The notes under the pieces are model-generated. The model ran no database searches, was not told where the DNA came from, and saw only the letters and a list, made by a program, of their open reading frames with translations. From NCBI GenBank assembly GCA_048882045.1, contig JBHLRZ010000027.1, positions 1 through 46,688 on the forward strand: DNA of 46,688 bases. The letters run 5' to 3'. Positions 8,854-18,390 of this stretch are shown one piece after another. This DNA comes from Candidatus Thorarchaeota archaeon (GTDB lineage Archaea; Asgardarchaeota; Thorarchaeia; Thorarchaeales; Thorarchaeaceae). Numbering within the stretch: position 1 is the first letter of the stretch; each line of letters starts with the position of its first letter. The translations under genes and the position numbers were made by a program.

Positions 8854-11454
8854 TTAGGACCGTCGCCGCTTGATTTCATCTTGCATTTCTTTCAGTTCAT
8901 TGAGAGCATCCATCGGAGTTGTCCGATTGAGGTCCATGTGTTCGATTCTCTCTATCATTGGATCGTCTATGACAAGAGCTTCTAAACTTGCTTGTTCGGT
9001 GTCTTCGAATCCTGTTTCAGAGATGTCTACAGCTGTTATGTTCTGCATCTCTAATCGCACGAGTAGTTCCTTGGCTCTTTTAACGACCTCTTCTGGAACT
9101 CCAGCTAGGGCTGCCACATGCACCCCATAACTCCTATCAGTTCCACCATCAACCACTTTGTGGAGAAAGACGATTGTATCACCTGTTTCTTTTGCCAGAG
9201 TGTGTACGTTCTTCACCCCAAGGTATTGGTTAGCCATGTCCGTCAATTGATGGAAGTGGGTTGCAAAGAGGGCTCGTGTCTTCATCTGTACAATCCTCTC
9301 CGCTACAGCCCATGCCAAAGCCATACCATCAAATGTCGATGTTCCTCTGCCGATCTCATCAAGTATGACCAGACTCTTCTCCGTGGCATTGTTGAGAATA
9401 TTGGCTGTTTCGATCATCTCGACCATGAAGGTGCTCTGCCGTGCTGTCAAATCATCAAAGGCTCCCACTCGTGTGAAGATTCTGTCAACGAGACCTATCT
9501 CCGCACTCTTCGCAGGAACAAACGAACCCATCTGAGTAAGAAGAACTATGATTGCACACTGACGCATGAACGTACTCTTGCCTGCCATGTTCGGTCCGGT
9601 CACGATCATCAGAGTGGTTCCTCCATCACCAATCTCGATTGAGTTCGGAACGAACTCATTGGGACCGAGAATCATCTCCATAGCGGCATGTCTCCCATCA
9701 ATGATCTTGATTCGAGTTCCATCGGTCACCTTTGGTCGAGTATATCGACGCGTCACAGCTACGTCAGCAAGTGATACTACTACATCAACAACTGCTATAG
9801 CTTCAGAGTTCCTCCGAAGGGCAGCAGCAACCTCTTTGACACTCTCTCGTAATTGCTCATATACTTCGTATTCGACCTGGTTGATTTTCTCTTCGCCTGC
9901 AAGTACAGTTGATTCCTTCTCCTTCAATTCAGGAGTGATATATCTCTCTGCATTGGCCAGAGTCTGTTTTCTGTCATATTCCTCTGGGACAAGTGAGAGG
10001 TTCGATCTAGACACCTCAATGTAGTATCCAAAGACCTTGTTGTAGCCAACCTTGAGTGTCTTGATTCCTGTCCTCCTCCGCTCAGAATCTTGGAGAGAAG
10101 CAATCCACTTCTTGTCAGAGGAAATGGTTTCCTTCAAAACATCGAGTTCCTGACTGAATCCCTTCTTGATCATTCCTCCATCTCTCACTGAAACTGGAGG
10201 ATCATCCACTACCGCTTTCTTGAGTGTCCTATGTAGCTCAGAAACCGGATCGATAGATTTCCCTGCCTCCTTCAGGAGTTCACATTTGCAGTCAGCAAGT
10301 GACTTCTTGATTTTGGGTAATTTTCCTAATGCATTCCTTAGTGCTAGAAGGTCTCGAGCGTTTGCACTCCCGAACACGATACGACTCGTTATTCGCTCCA
10401 GGTCACCAAGGTCTCTCAGGCTGTCTGAGACCCCCCTTCTGTTCATCGCATCTCTAGCAAACTCTTCTATGGCATCTTGCCGAGACTCTATCTCCTTTCT
10501 GTCCTGCAGTGGCCTGAGGATCCACTGCTTCATCTTACGTCGGCCCATTGGCGTGACGGTCTTTGATAAGACTGAGAGGAGAGTTCCGCGTGTGCTTCCA
10601 TCCCTTGCGTTCTTGATGAGTTCAAGATTCCTCTGAGTTGTCGAATCAACTATCATATGTTTTTCAATACTGTATGTGCGAATCCCTGAAACCGTGATTG
10701 CTCCAGTTTTGTGGACTTCATTCAGATACGCGAGGATTGCACCTGATGCACCTAGAGCCACCCGTTTGTCTGAAAGTCCGAATCCGTCAAGAGTCGTAAC
10801 ACCGAACTGCTCTTTGATCCTCTCCTCAGCGGTTCTTGCTGAGTAGTCGGTGTCATTCCTGAGAGCGATTCTTATACCGATTTCTTCGAGCTTGGTCTTG
10901 AGAGGGGACTTTGAGAACGAGTCTGGAAAAAGAACCTCTGAGGGTGAGTATTTGTTTATCTCATTTAGAGTGGTTTCACTGTCAAGTTCTGCCATGAATT
11001 CAGTCGCCAAGAACTCTCCCGTGGATACATCTACTGCTGAGATTCCAATCAAATCCTCATGTGGAACAAGTGCTACGAGATAGTTGTTGGCTGTGTCATC
11101 AAGCATTGAACTCTCAAGAACTGTTCCTGGAGTGATAACCCTCACAACATCTCGTTTGACTAGGCCTTTAGCTTTAGACGCATCCTCTACCTGTCTAGCG
11201 ATTGCTACAGTGTAACCCGCATTGAGTAACTTGGAAATGTATCCATCAACTGAGTGATTAGGTACACCACACATTGGCCATCGATCGACTCCCTCTCCCC
11301 TTGACGTCAACACTATGTCTAGGATTTTACTTGCTATCTTGGCGTCATCGTTGAACATTTCATGAAAGTCACCAAGTTGATACATGAGAATACAATCAGG
11401 GTATTGGCGTTTCAGCTGAAGATATTGCCTTTGCATCGGGGTCTGTTTACTCAC
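8854..11454 (-). CDS. mutS: DNA mismatch repair protein MutS (MutS1 type)
   Basis: Motifs are TPMQRQY, GDFHEMF (Phe-X-Glu), ITPGT, TGPNMAGKST, STFMVEM, DEIGRGTST, FATHF and SYGVHVA. Confidence 0.97.
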   Translation of the reverse strand: MSKQTPMQRQYLQLKRQYPDCILMYQLGDFHEMFNDDAKIASKILDIVLTSRGEGVDRWPMCGVPNHSVDGYISKLLNAGYTVAIARQVEDASKAKGLVKRDVVRVITPGTVLESSMLDDTANNYLVALVPHEDLIGISAVDVSTGEFLATEFMAELDSETTLNEINKYSPSEVLFPDSFSKSPLKTKLEEIGIRIALRNDTDYSARTAEERIKEQFGVTTLDGFGLSDKRVALGASGAILAYLNEVHKTGAITVSGIRTYSIEKHMIVDSTTQRNLELIKNARDGSTRGTLLSVLSKTVTPMGRRKMKQWILRPLQDRKEIESRQDAIEEFARDAMNRRGVSDSLRDLGDLERITSRIVFGSANARDLLALRNALGKLPKIKKSLADCKCELLKEAGKSIDPVSELHRTLKKAVVDDPPVSVRDGGMIKKGFSQELDVLKETISSDKKWIASLQDSERRRTGIKTLKVGYNKVFGYYIEVSRSNLSLVPEEYDRKQTLANAERYITPELKEKESTVLAGEEKINQVEYEVYEQLRESVKEVAAALRRNSEAIAVVDVVVSLADVAVTRRYTRPKVTDGTRIKIIDGRHAAMEMILGPNEFVPNSIEIGDGGTTLMIVTGPNMAGKSTFMRQCAIIVLLTQMGSFVPAKSAEIGLVDRIFTRVGAFDDLTARQSTFMVEMIETANILNNATEKSLVILDEIGRGTSTFDGMALAWAVAERIVQMKTRALFATHFHQLTDMANQYLGVKNVHTLAKETGDTIVFLHKVVDGGTDRSYGVHVAALAGVPEEVVKRAKELLVRLEMQNITAVDISETGFEDTEQASLEALVIDDPMIERIEHMDLNRTTPMDALNELKEMQDEIKRRRS

Positions 11455-11727
11455 TCTTACTCCCTGCTTCTCTCTTCATCCACTGACTCTCTAATAACGG
11501 CATCGCCAAAGCTAGTATTGATGCTATCCTATTGAACAATAGATAATCGATTCAACATAAATCACTATCAAAATGTAAGTTATGGGATATTTGCATCTTT
11601 CAGCATGAAACTATTGGATTTTATCTTTGATTTCTAAGTTACTATTCAAACATCACAAAGATATCATTAGTTAAAAGTAACAAATAAGAATCCCTTTGAT
11701 TCGAGAAGACGTTGCGGGGTGTAATCA

Positions 11728-12354
11728 TTGATAACTCGTATATTAGGTCTTAGTGGAAGTCCGCGGATGGGCAGCAATACCTCCACACTAATTGAAACTG
11801 CTTTGGACGCAGCAGCAGATGTGGGAGCAAAGACTGAGTTTATTGAGCTTGCTGATCTCAACATCGGGATTTGTGAACACTGTAATGAGTGCAAACAACT
11901 TGGACGATGCAAGATTGATGATGACCTGAACAAAGTCGCTGAAACTATGAAAGCGGCAGATGGGATTATTTTTGGTTCGCCTGACCACTATGCATCTATG
12001 GCTACACCAATGAAGAACTTGATGGACCGCACAGGCAGATTCTTGCACCTTGAAGGAAAGGTAGGTGCCGGAATTGTAGTGGGTCGTAGATCAGGAACAG
12101 ACCTTGCACTCTCTCTTATTCAATTCTTTATGCTCGTTAAAGAAATGATAGTTCCTGGAACGTATAGCTGGCCTGTGGGATTTGCTCTCAATGCTGGAGA
12201 CATCAGGGCTGACACCGAAGCAATTGCAATGGCAACTCAAGTAGGTCGTAGAGTCACCCAACTCTCTACTATTCTTATTGCAAATCCAGTGCCATGGGTA
12301 ACTGAACCTCGTCCTAGTGGGCAGAAGGTCCGTTTTGGTGATGAATGGCGTTAA
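11728..12354 (+). CDS. Iron-sulfur flavoprotein / flavodoxin-like (Isf family)
   Basis: It has GSPR..SNT, the CEHCNECKQLGRC (CxxCxxCx5C) cluster motif, ADGIIFGSP and MKNLMDR. Confidence 0.88.
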   Translation: MITRILGLSGSPRMGSNTSTLIETALDAAADVGAKTEFIELADLNIGICEHCNECKQLGRCKIDDDLNKVAETMKAADGIIFGSPDHYASMATPMKNLMDRTGRFLHLEGKVGAGIVVGRRSGTDLALSLIQFFMLVKEMIVPGTYSWPVGFALNAGDIRADTEAIAMATQVGRRVTQLSTILIANPVPWVTEPRPSGQKVRFGDEWR

Positions 12355-12356
12355 AC

Positions 12357-12740
12357 CTAAGGATTGGCAGGTTCGTATCTGCTAGGACATGATGTTAAAA
12401 TCTGAGTTGCTCTGATGAGGCTGGCAGATTCTAGTGTTCCAATCGCTACTATATCTTGACCATCTATGAGATCAGGAACCTCTCCTTCTATTAGAACAAC
12501 AATCGTGTGATTATCACCAGCGAGTAATAATGTCGCATTTTCAAGAGTTATTGACAAAGAACCATTCACATACTCTCCTTTCAGTTGGATTGTGCGGCCC
12601 ATGTAGTTTTCTGGATTCTCAACCACATCATCCACACTTAGATAGGGGTCTACAAACAAATTAAGCATGCCCCACGCCACAAATCCGATTGTCGCACAGA
12701 GAATCACTGTAACCAGTGCCATTCTGGTCTTTTTCTTCAT
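12357..12740 (-). CDS. ccmE: Cytochrome c maturation heme chaperone CcmE, CxxxY variant
   Basis: An N-terminal TM is followed by an OB-fold-like region (YLSVDDV...IQLKG...IVAIG) and C-terminal CPSRY. It sits in a ccm operon. Confidence 0.9.
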   Translation of the reverse strand: MKKKTRMALVTVILCATIGFVAWGMLNLFVDPYLSVDDVVENPENYMGRTIQLKGEYVNGSLSITLENATLLLAGDNHTIVVLIEGEVPDLIDGQDIVAIGTLESASLIRATQILTSCPSRYEPANP

Positions 12741-12742
12741 GT

Positions 12743-12883
12743 CTATTGGTCTCCCTCGACTTGGGATTCGACTATCTTCAAATGCTTCTCAAGACCTATC
12801 ATTCTCAATAGGAGGTATAGGAGAAACGCGAACGTTCCGCCCCAGAAGAGAACGGCGACGATGAATAGTTCAAACTGTTGCAT
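12743..12883 (-). CDS. ccmD: Probable CcmD-like small membrane protein (46 aa, absent from the ORF track)
   Basis: My manual translation is MQQFELFIVAVLFWGGTFAFLLYLLLRMIGLEKHLKIVESQVEGDQ*, a single TM helix plus charged tail. It fills the ccmC-ccmE gap with 5-nt and 2-nt spacers, and GGAG lies upstream. Confidence 0.75.
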   Translation of the reverse strand: MQQFELFIVAVLFWGGTFAFLLYLLLRMIGLEKHLKIVESQVEGDQ

Positions 12884-12888
12884 TATTA

Positions 12889-13563
12889 CTAACTCCTTGA
12901 CATTCTAATCCTCATCAATTTCTCGTGTGCTGTATCTACTCGATAAGTGAGCTCAAGTAAAATCGAAGCCATTAGGGCGACTGCAATCATACTGACCATC
13001 AATGTGATTCCATGTTCCAACCCCATATGGATTCCCCTTTCTTCAATGATGAGAGGATGAAGAGTTTGCCAAATTCGAATTGATAGATAGCTGAGAATCA
13101 CCATTGGGAAGGCGACTATTCCAAAGATGGAACCATACTGAGCTCTTGACTCACGATCAGTCACTGATGCACGGTACACAAGAACACATGCGTATGCAAT
13201 CCAGAGAATTAATGTTGTAGTTTCTCTCGGGTCCCAGTTCCATGGACTATTCCAGGCTGCGCCAGCCCAAATCGAACCACTGATCAAAGTAATCGTTGTA
13301 TAGAAAAGACCTACCTTCACCGATGCGGCCCCAAGCACATCATACTTCATCTCTCCTTTCCAGAGATACAGACCACTACACACAAGGGTCACTCCAAAGG
13401 CTCCATATCCAACTAGGGCTGGGGCTATATGTTGGAAGAATATTCGAATAAGCTCTCCTTGTTCTTGTTCAGGTGGTGCATAAATCCAAGTCATATACAC
13501 ATAGAGTAAAGATAGAGCAGCTGTAAAACCGAAGAAGATCAGTCTTCTGTTACTCACAGTCAA
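12889..13563 (-). CDS. ccmC: Heme exporter / cytochrome c biogenesis protein CcmC
   Basis: It has the Trp-rich WWD loop GSIWAGAAWNSPWNWDPRET, flanking His residues (FQHIA, TLHP) and six TM helices. Confidence 0.93.
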   Translation of the reverse strand: MTVSNRRLIFFGFTAALSLLYVYMTWIYAPPEQEQGELIRIFFQHIAPALVGYGAFGVTLVCSGLYLWKGEMKYDVLGAASVKVGLFYTTITLISGSIWAGAAWNSPWNWDPRETTTLILWIAYACVLVYRASVTDRESRAQYGSIFGIVAFPMVILSYLSIRIWQTLHPLIIEERGIHMGLEHGITLMVSMIAVALMASILLELTYRVDTAHEKLMRIRMSRS

Positions 13564-13625
13564 TCAACTCGAATTGTTCGCGGATGACAAAACTTGCAAT
13601 ATGAAGGTTTTGGAATTAACATCTT

Positions 13626-14309
13626 TCAAGGTGAAAGTGCGAAGTGAAAGACTGAAGCTGAGAGTGTTAACATTGCTATCAGATGCGCCAAAAGAATTCC
13701 GAAAATTGACAGAACAGGAACCAAACCTGGCCCTAGAACTACAATTTTGGTTATCTCAATCAAGAGCATGAGACCTGAGGTAGCAGTCGGGAAATATACC
13801 AGTGGAAACACCGTGGCTTTCGATTCTGAAGGCATAGTTAAAGCTGAAGCCATTGAACCAACTGCCGCCAGGTCTAAGGTTCCCACTAGTAGAGTGGCAA
13901 TCATCAGTGGGAGATCGTTCAGGAACGAAAACCCAAACAGGACAGATATGATAGGTACTAAGAATATCTCAACAAGTCCCATCAGGACAAAGCCATAGAA
14001 AACCTTACCCAAATAAACGGACCATGCAGGAATTGGTGCAGTCGCAAGGCCTCGCAATGTTCCAGTTTCAGACTCGGAAATGAAGATTGGTGAGAATCCA
14101 AACATCCCTGTGAAAAAGATAATCACCCAGAGCATGGCACTCCCGACATCCTGCGGAACCGAGCCTCCAGTCACAAGAGCAAATGAGAATGCTAGGATTG
14201 CGATGAGTGCAAAGAGGAACATCGAGAATGCTTCAAACTTCTTTCGGAACTGAGTAAGGATGTCTTTCTTGGCAATAGCAAATGCTGCTCTTATTCCAGA
14301 AGTCATCAC
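13626..14309 (-). CDS. ccmB: Heme exporter permease CcmB
   Basis: It has AIAKKDI, ESETGTL.GL and VYLGK, about six TM helices, and lies between ccmA and ccmC. Confidence 0.88.
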   Translation of the reverse strand: MMTSGIRAAFAIAKKDILTQFRKKFEAFSMFLFALIAILAFSFALVTGGSVPQDVGSAMLWVIIFFTGMFGFSPIFISESETGTLRGLATAPIPAWSVYLGKVFYGFVLMGLVEIFLVPIISVLFGFSFLNDLPLMIATLLVGTLDLAAVGSMASALTMPSESKATVFPLVYFPTATSGLMLLIEITKIVVLGPGLVPVLSIFGILLAHLIAMLTLSASVFHFALSP

Positions 14310-14315
14310 TTCACC

Positions 14316-15071
14316 TCAGAGTGTCTGATCGAATTCAGAGATAGGACCTTGTGCGACAACGATACCTTTCCTGAGTGTCACAAATTCATCACACAGGTCT
14401 GCACCAAATGCTAGATTGTGTGTGGTCACGATTGTTGTCCTTTTGTTCCGATGCTCTTCTAGATACTCTCTAAAATCAATTGTAGTGTCCCTATCGAGAC
14501 CGCTGAAGGGTTCGTCCAGTAAAAGCAACTCTGGATTGTGAATTAGACTTCTTACAATGTCAAGTCTCTTCTTCAGACCAGTTGACAAATTCTTTACAGG
14601 TTCCTCAAGCCAAGACTTGATAGCAAAATGAGTTGCCAGATCCTCTACTTGGCGCTCGAAGAATCCAGTTTGAAGACCGTATAACTTGGAGTAGAACTGA
14701 AGATTTTCAATACCAGTGAGTTCCTCATATAACAATGGCTTATCTCCAACTAGTCCAAGATGTTTCTTGACTAGTTCAGGTTCTTCCTGGGGATCGTATC
14801 CCATAACCGAGATGGAACCTCCGTGAGGACGAAGTAGTGTTGAAATGACTCGCATGAGTGTTGTTTTTCCAGCTCCATTTGAACCAAATAATCCTTGAAT
14901 CCCACTCTGGGAAAATTCAATGGATACCTCTCTTAGAGCTACCCTGTAGCCATATCTTCGTGTGAGCTCATGTGTCACTACAGCTTTCGTCACTAACTGA
15001 TTCTCCTTTTGGTTCGAGCGAACCCTTTTGGGCTCCCTATTTAATGTGACGCATGAGTATTCAGTGTTCAA
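14316..15071 (-). CDS. ccmA: ABC ATPase CcmA
   Basis: It has Walker A GSNGAGKTT, signature LSTGLKKR, Walker B LLLDEP and H-loop TTH. The true start may be GTG 14990. Confidence 0.88.
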   Translation of the reverse strand: MNTEYSCVTLNREPKRVRSNQKENQLVTKAVVTHELTRRYGYRVALREVSIEFSQSGIQGLFGSNGAGKTTLMRVISTLLRPHGGSISVMGYDPQEEPELVKKHLGLVGDKPLLYEELTGIENLQFYSKLYGLQTGFFERQVEDLATHFAIKSWLEEPVKNLSTGLKKRLDIVRSLIHNPELLLLDEPFSGLDRDTTIDFREYLEEHRNKRTTIVTTHNLAFGADLCDEFVTLRKGIVVAQGPISEFDQTL

Positions 15072-16285
15072 CCAAGTTCCATTAAATCGATGAATAGGTC
15101 TTCAACGTTGAGAACCTTGATGTCTACATCTCTTTTCTTGACTGCGTCGAGGAAATTCAACTTGCAAAACACACAGGATGAAACTATTGTCGTTGCACCT
15201 GTTTCAAGTGCCTCATTCAATCTTCTCGCAGCAACGTTGATTGCGTTCTCACCGAAGCCTGCTTTGAAACCGCCTCCAGCTCCACAACATTTTGAATTTT
15301 GTCTATTCCTCTCCATCTCAACTAGTTTGATTCCTGGAATACTCTTGAGAACCTGCCTTGGCGCTTCGAATATGCCAACATGGCGTCCAAGATGACATGG
15401 ATCATGGTAGGTGACAGTTTCAGGGAAACTTTTCTTCCATTTGAGCTCACCTTTCTTCAATTTGAGAGCGAGGAACTGTGTCAGATGTTGTGTTGAAAAG
15501 GGAAGAATTCCATGTCTCTCTCTATAGAATCGTGGCCAATCCAAGGTCGTAGTTCTATAGCACCCTGAACACGAGAAGATGACATGCTTGATTCCTCGGG
15601 CCTGCATATGTTCTACATTATTGAGAATGAATTTTTCAGCTTCCAGAGTTCCAAGCAGCTCGTTCTCTCCATCCTCATTCTCTTCATAGATTGGTCTAGT
15701 GACCTGCCCAGTTCGTATCAATGGACTGCAACAACAGTATTCGTCAGCTCCAAGTATTTGGGGTTCGATATCGAAATAGTTTAGCATTCGTAGTGTCGCA
15801 TCAGCTATCTCTGGTCTTTTGTATGATGCAGTACATCCAACAAAATATCCCCATTCGGAATCATCTGAAATTCTTGTATCTGGTTTGACCCAATCTCCTC
15901 GTGCTTTGGTTTCTTCTCCAAATACATTGTTATGTTTGAATGCAAGATCTCCCATGACGTGGAGTTTTCCATATGGCCCCTTGCCCATTTGTACAAGCTT
16001 CTTTCTGACATCCTCAATAATTCTGACATATGGGACCTTGATAGGACACCTTTCAACGCATTGCTCACAAGTGCTGCATGCATAGACTGCTCTTACGAAT
16101 CCCTCATCCACTGGCAGGTTCTTCTCAACATAGGAACGCAGTAGTCTCAATCTACCGCCAGCAAACATTGCTTCTGATTTGAACTCTTCATAACTTGTAC
16201 ATGTCCATCTACAAGTTGAACAATTGCTGCAAAGAACGATCTGATCTGGGTCGACATCAAGTTCAGGTGTAAAGAATCTCCTCAT
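15068..16285 (-). CDS. Fe-S oxidoreductase with 2x[4Fe-4S] and two CCG domains (GlcF/HdrD-like)
   Basis: Motifs are CSNCSTCRWTC, CSTCEQCVERCP, YFVGC, YCCCSP, CSGC, YHDPCHLGR, CCGAGGG and CVFC. Confidence 0.9.
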   Translation of the reverse strand: MRRFFTPELDVDPDQIVLCSNCSTCRWTCTSYEEFKSEAMFAGGRLRLLRSYVEKNLPVDEGFVRAVYACSTCEQCVERCPIKVPYVRIIEDVRKKLVQMGKGPYGKLHVMGDLAFKHNNVFGEETKARGDWVKPDTRISDDSEWGYFVGCTASYKRPEIADATLRMLNYFDIEPQILGADEYCCCSPLIRTGQVTRPIYEENEDGENELLGTLEAEKFILNNVEHMQARGIKHVIFSCSGCYRTTTLDWPRFYRERHGILPFSTQHLTQFLALKLKKGELKWKKSFPETVTYHDPCHLGRHVGIFEAPRQVLKSIPGIKLVEMERNRQNSKCCGAGGGFKAGFGENAINVAARRLNEALETGATTIVSSCVFCKLNFLDAVKKRDVDIKVLNVEDLFIDLMELG

Positions 16286-17764
16286 CTAGACTGATCCCTC
16301 CTGGTATACCTTTGGTATTGGTAAGATATTCTCTGGACGTCGTAGTATTGATTGTATTCGACGAAAGTATCCATTCATTGTGAACATCAAGTTCATCCTC
16401 GTATACGACATATTGCAATGCGTTAATTTGTCTGGATTCATGAGACCCTTCGGGTCCCACTTCTTTCGAATTTCTTTGAATCGTTTGTAGTCATCAGGTT
16501 GGTATTTCTTGACATATACTGTATTCTGAAGACCCAAGGTGTACAATTTTCCTCCTTTCTTATACATCATCTTGACCAATCTATGCAGCATCGCTTTGCC
16601 TGACATGAAGTGCATCCAGTGTCTATGATCGGAGGGTGCAAAGACACATAGTCGTGCCATCGACTCTCCACCCAAAACAAGATAGAAGCAGGAATTAATT
16701 CGATAGTTTTTAGCTATCTTGTACATTCTCCTAACTATTGGTTCTATATTACCAATAGGTATCCAAAAGTTCTGCATCGAAAGTGTTGGCACCTCAAGCT
16801 TGAGTTTCATCTCAACGATGTCTCTATCTTCCCAGTTCTTCTGATAATATGATTGTTGCAGCTCCATACCGCCTGCGACTTCGAAAATCCCTCGGGCAGT
16901 CTTCAGTGACTCCTCAACTTCATCTATTGCTCCACTGTAAGTTACAACTACGAAGAACTTGCCTGTAGTCTTGGGAGGTAGTCCTCCTTGTATTCGCCAT
17001 TCGTATTCAAGATCTGTGAATCTCAGATAGATGGGTTGTGTCTTTGTCTTACTTAGTCTTGACACTGCATCTATTGCTTTATCGAGGTCCTGAAATGCAA
17101 ACATCAACCCCTGAGTTGTTTCTGGTGATGGAATCAATTTCAATTTGATTCTGGTGACAACACCGGCAATTCCTGAAGTACCAAAGAATTGAAACATATC
17201 GTCCCCCGTTACAGTTTCTATTGTACCATCTGGTCTGACGACTTCCATCTCCAGTGTGTTTTCAATCATAGAGCCATATTTCGAAGTGCCTATACCAGCC
17301 TTCCCACCAATTGCCAACCAACCAGCTAATGTCGATGCCACTCTACTCTGTGGTGCGACAGGAAGATTGAATCCTTGCTTTTCGAGTTGCTTATCTAGAA
17401 TCTCCCAGACAGCTCCAGCTTCTACATTAACCCATTGCTCCGTCTTATTGACCTCGATGATTCGATCCATTCGCTTTGTATCGATAACGATGCCACCTCT
17501 TGTGGGACTAGCAGAGCCATAGTAGCAGGTACCTCCACCTCTAGGGATCACGGGGATTTTGTGTTTTAGTGCGTATTTCAAAATTCTAGATACATCTTCA
17601 TTGCTTTGCGGCCATGCGACGTAGTCCGCTAGCCATTTCTTCTTCCATCTGTAATGATAGTATGGTATACCCGTTGTGTCCCCACTAGCTGATAGACGTT
17701 CAGCAACGAGATCACTAACCCAAGATACATTCGACAGATCTTCTATTTGGTCTGATGTACTCAT
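16286..17764 (-). CDS. FAD-binding oxidoreductase (VAO/GlcD-like), subtype B
   Basis: Motifs are IPRGGGT, V.AG..W, STLAGW, G..GVVT and DP.GLMNP.K. The real start is probably ATG 17764 (MSTSDQ), preceded by GAGGTGA. Confidence 0.87.
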   Translation of the reverse strand: MSTSDQIEDLSNVSWVSDLVAERLSASGDTTGIPYYHYRWKKKWLADYVAWPQSNEDVSRILKYALKHKIPVIPRGGGTCYYGSASPTRGGIVIDTKRMDRIIEVNKTEQWVNVEAGAVWEILDKQLEKQGFNLPVAPQSRVASTLAGWLAIGGKAGIGTSKYGSMIENTLEMEVVRPDGTIETVTGDDMFQFFGTSGIAGVVTRIKLKLIPSPETTQGLMFAFQDLDKAIDAVSRLSKTKTQPIYLRFTDLEYEWRIQGGLPPKTTGKFFVVVTYSGAIDEVEESLKTARGIFEVAGGMELQQSYYQKNWEDRDIVEMKLKLEVPTLSMQNFWIPIGNIEPIVRRMYKIAKNYRINSCFYLVLGGESMARLCVFAPSDHRHWMHFMSGKAMLHRLVKMMYKKGGKLYTLGLQNTVYVKKYQPDDYKRFKEIRKKWDPKGLMNPDKLTHCNMSYTRMNLMFTMNGYFRRIQSILRRPENILPIPKVYQEGSV

Positions 17765-17775
17765 CTTATTCACCT

Positions 17776-18186
17776 CTACGCAATAAACTGAATATAACCC
17801 ATTACGAATACAATAGTCCAACATACTGCAGCTGTTAACCCGGGTATCTTGGTTCTTATCCCAGAGATGCCTGTCAGAAAAGCTCCTACTCCAGCCAAAT
17901 AACCAAAGATCCCAATCCCGATATGGATCAAATGAAAGAGATCTGCTCCACCAAAGGTAAGGACCGTCTGGGTGAGGGGTAAGATTGGGATGATATTGAT
18001 TGTTGTTAGTAACAGCGCAAGACCTGCGCAGATTCCATGTGCAAATGTATACTTCTCCTTCGAAATAAAGTATAATGCAGTTCCAAGCCACAGAAGAAGT
18101 AATGCTGGTAATCCTAGGAAGATGGTCATGTGCCAATTATCGAATTGCAGGGGTTGGAATTGAGAAATGAGTAATGGTGTTGTCAT
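17776..18186 (-). CDS. Four-TM His-containing membrane protein (cytochrome b-like)
   Basis: AAGGAGG precedes ATG 18186. It has four hydrophobic helices with His in WH, AHG and FHLIH, and is paralogous to the C-terminus of the 29642 gene. Confidence 0.65.
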   Translation of the reverse strand: MTTPLLISQFQPLQFDNWHMTIFLGLPALLLLWLGTALYFISKEKYTFAHGICAGLALLLTTINIIPILPLTQTVLTFGGADLFHLIHIGIGIFGYLAGVGAFLTGISGIRTKIPGLTAAVCWTIVFVMGYIQFIA

Positions 18187-18390
18187 TCTTTTGCCTCCTT
18201 TTGCGAAAGCCAAATTGTTTGGTATGTAGTACACCGAGAATATGATTCATTATGTTTCGAAAATGGATAATCATGATGAGTGGACTTGAGTCTAGAAAAT
18301 ACTAATCTTAAGACTAAATGAAATATGGAATTAGGTTCAATCAAGGTGCTATTCACGCTCGAGTCACATCCAACACTTTGTTCTCCTCCT

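Noticed and set aside
17765-18136. 124-aa N-terminal extension of the 616-aa ORF
   Set aside because: It overlaps the well-supported 17776-18186 membrane gene in another frame, has atypical composition, and ATG 17764 has its own GAGGTGA RBS and matches the paralog's N-terminus.
18353-18390. Strong AGGAGG followed by a GTG-started mini-ORF on the minus strand
   Set aside because: It is only about seven codons long and has no supporting features.
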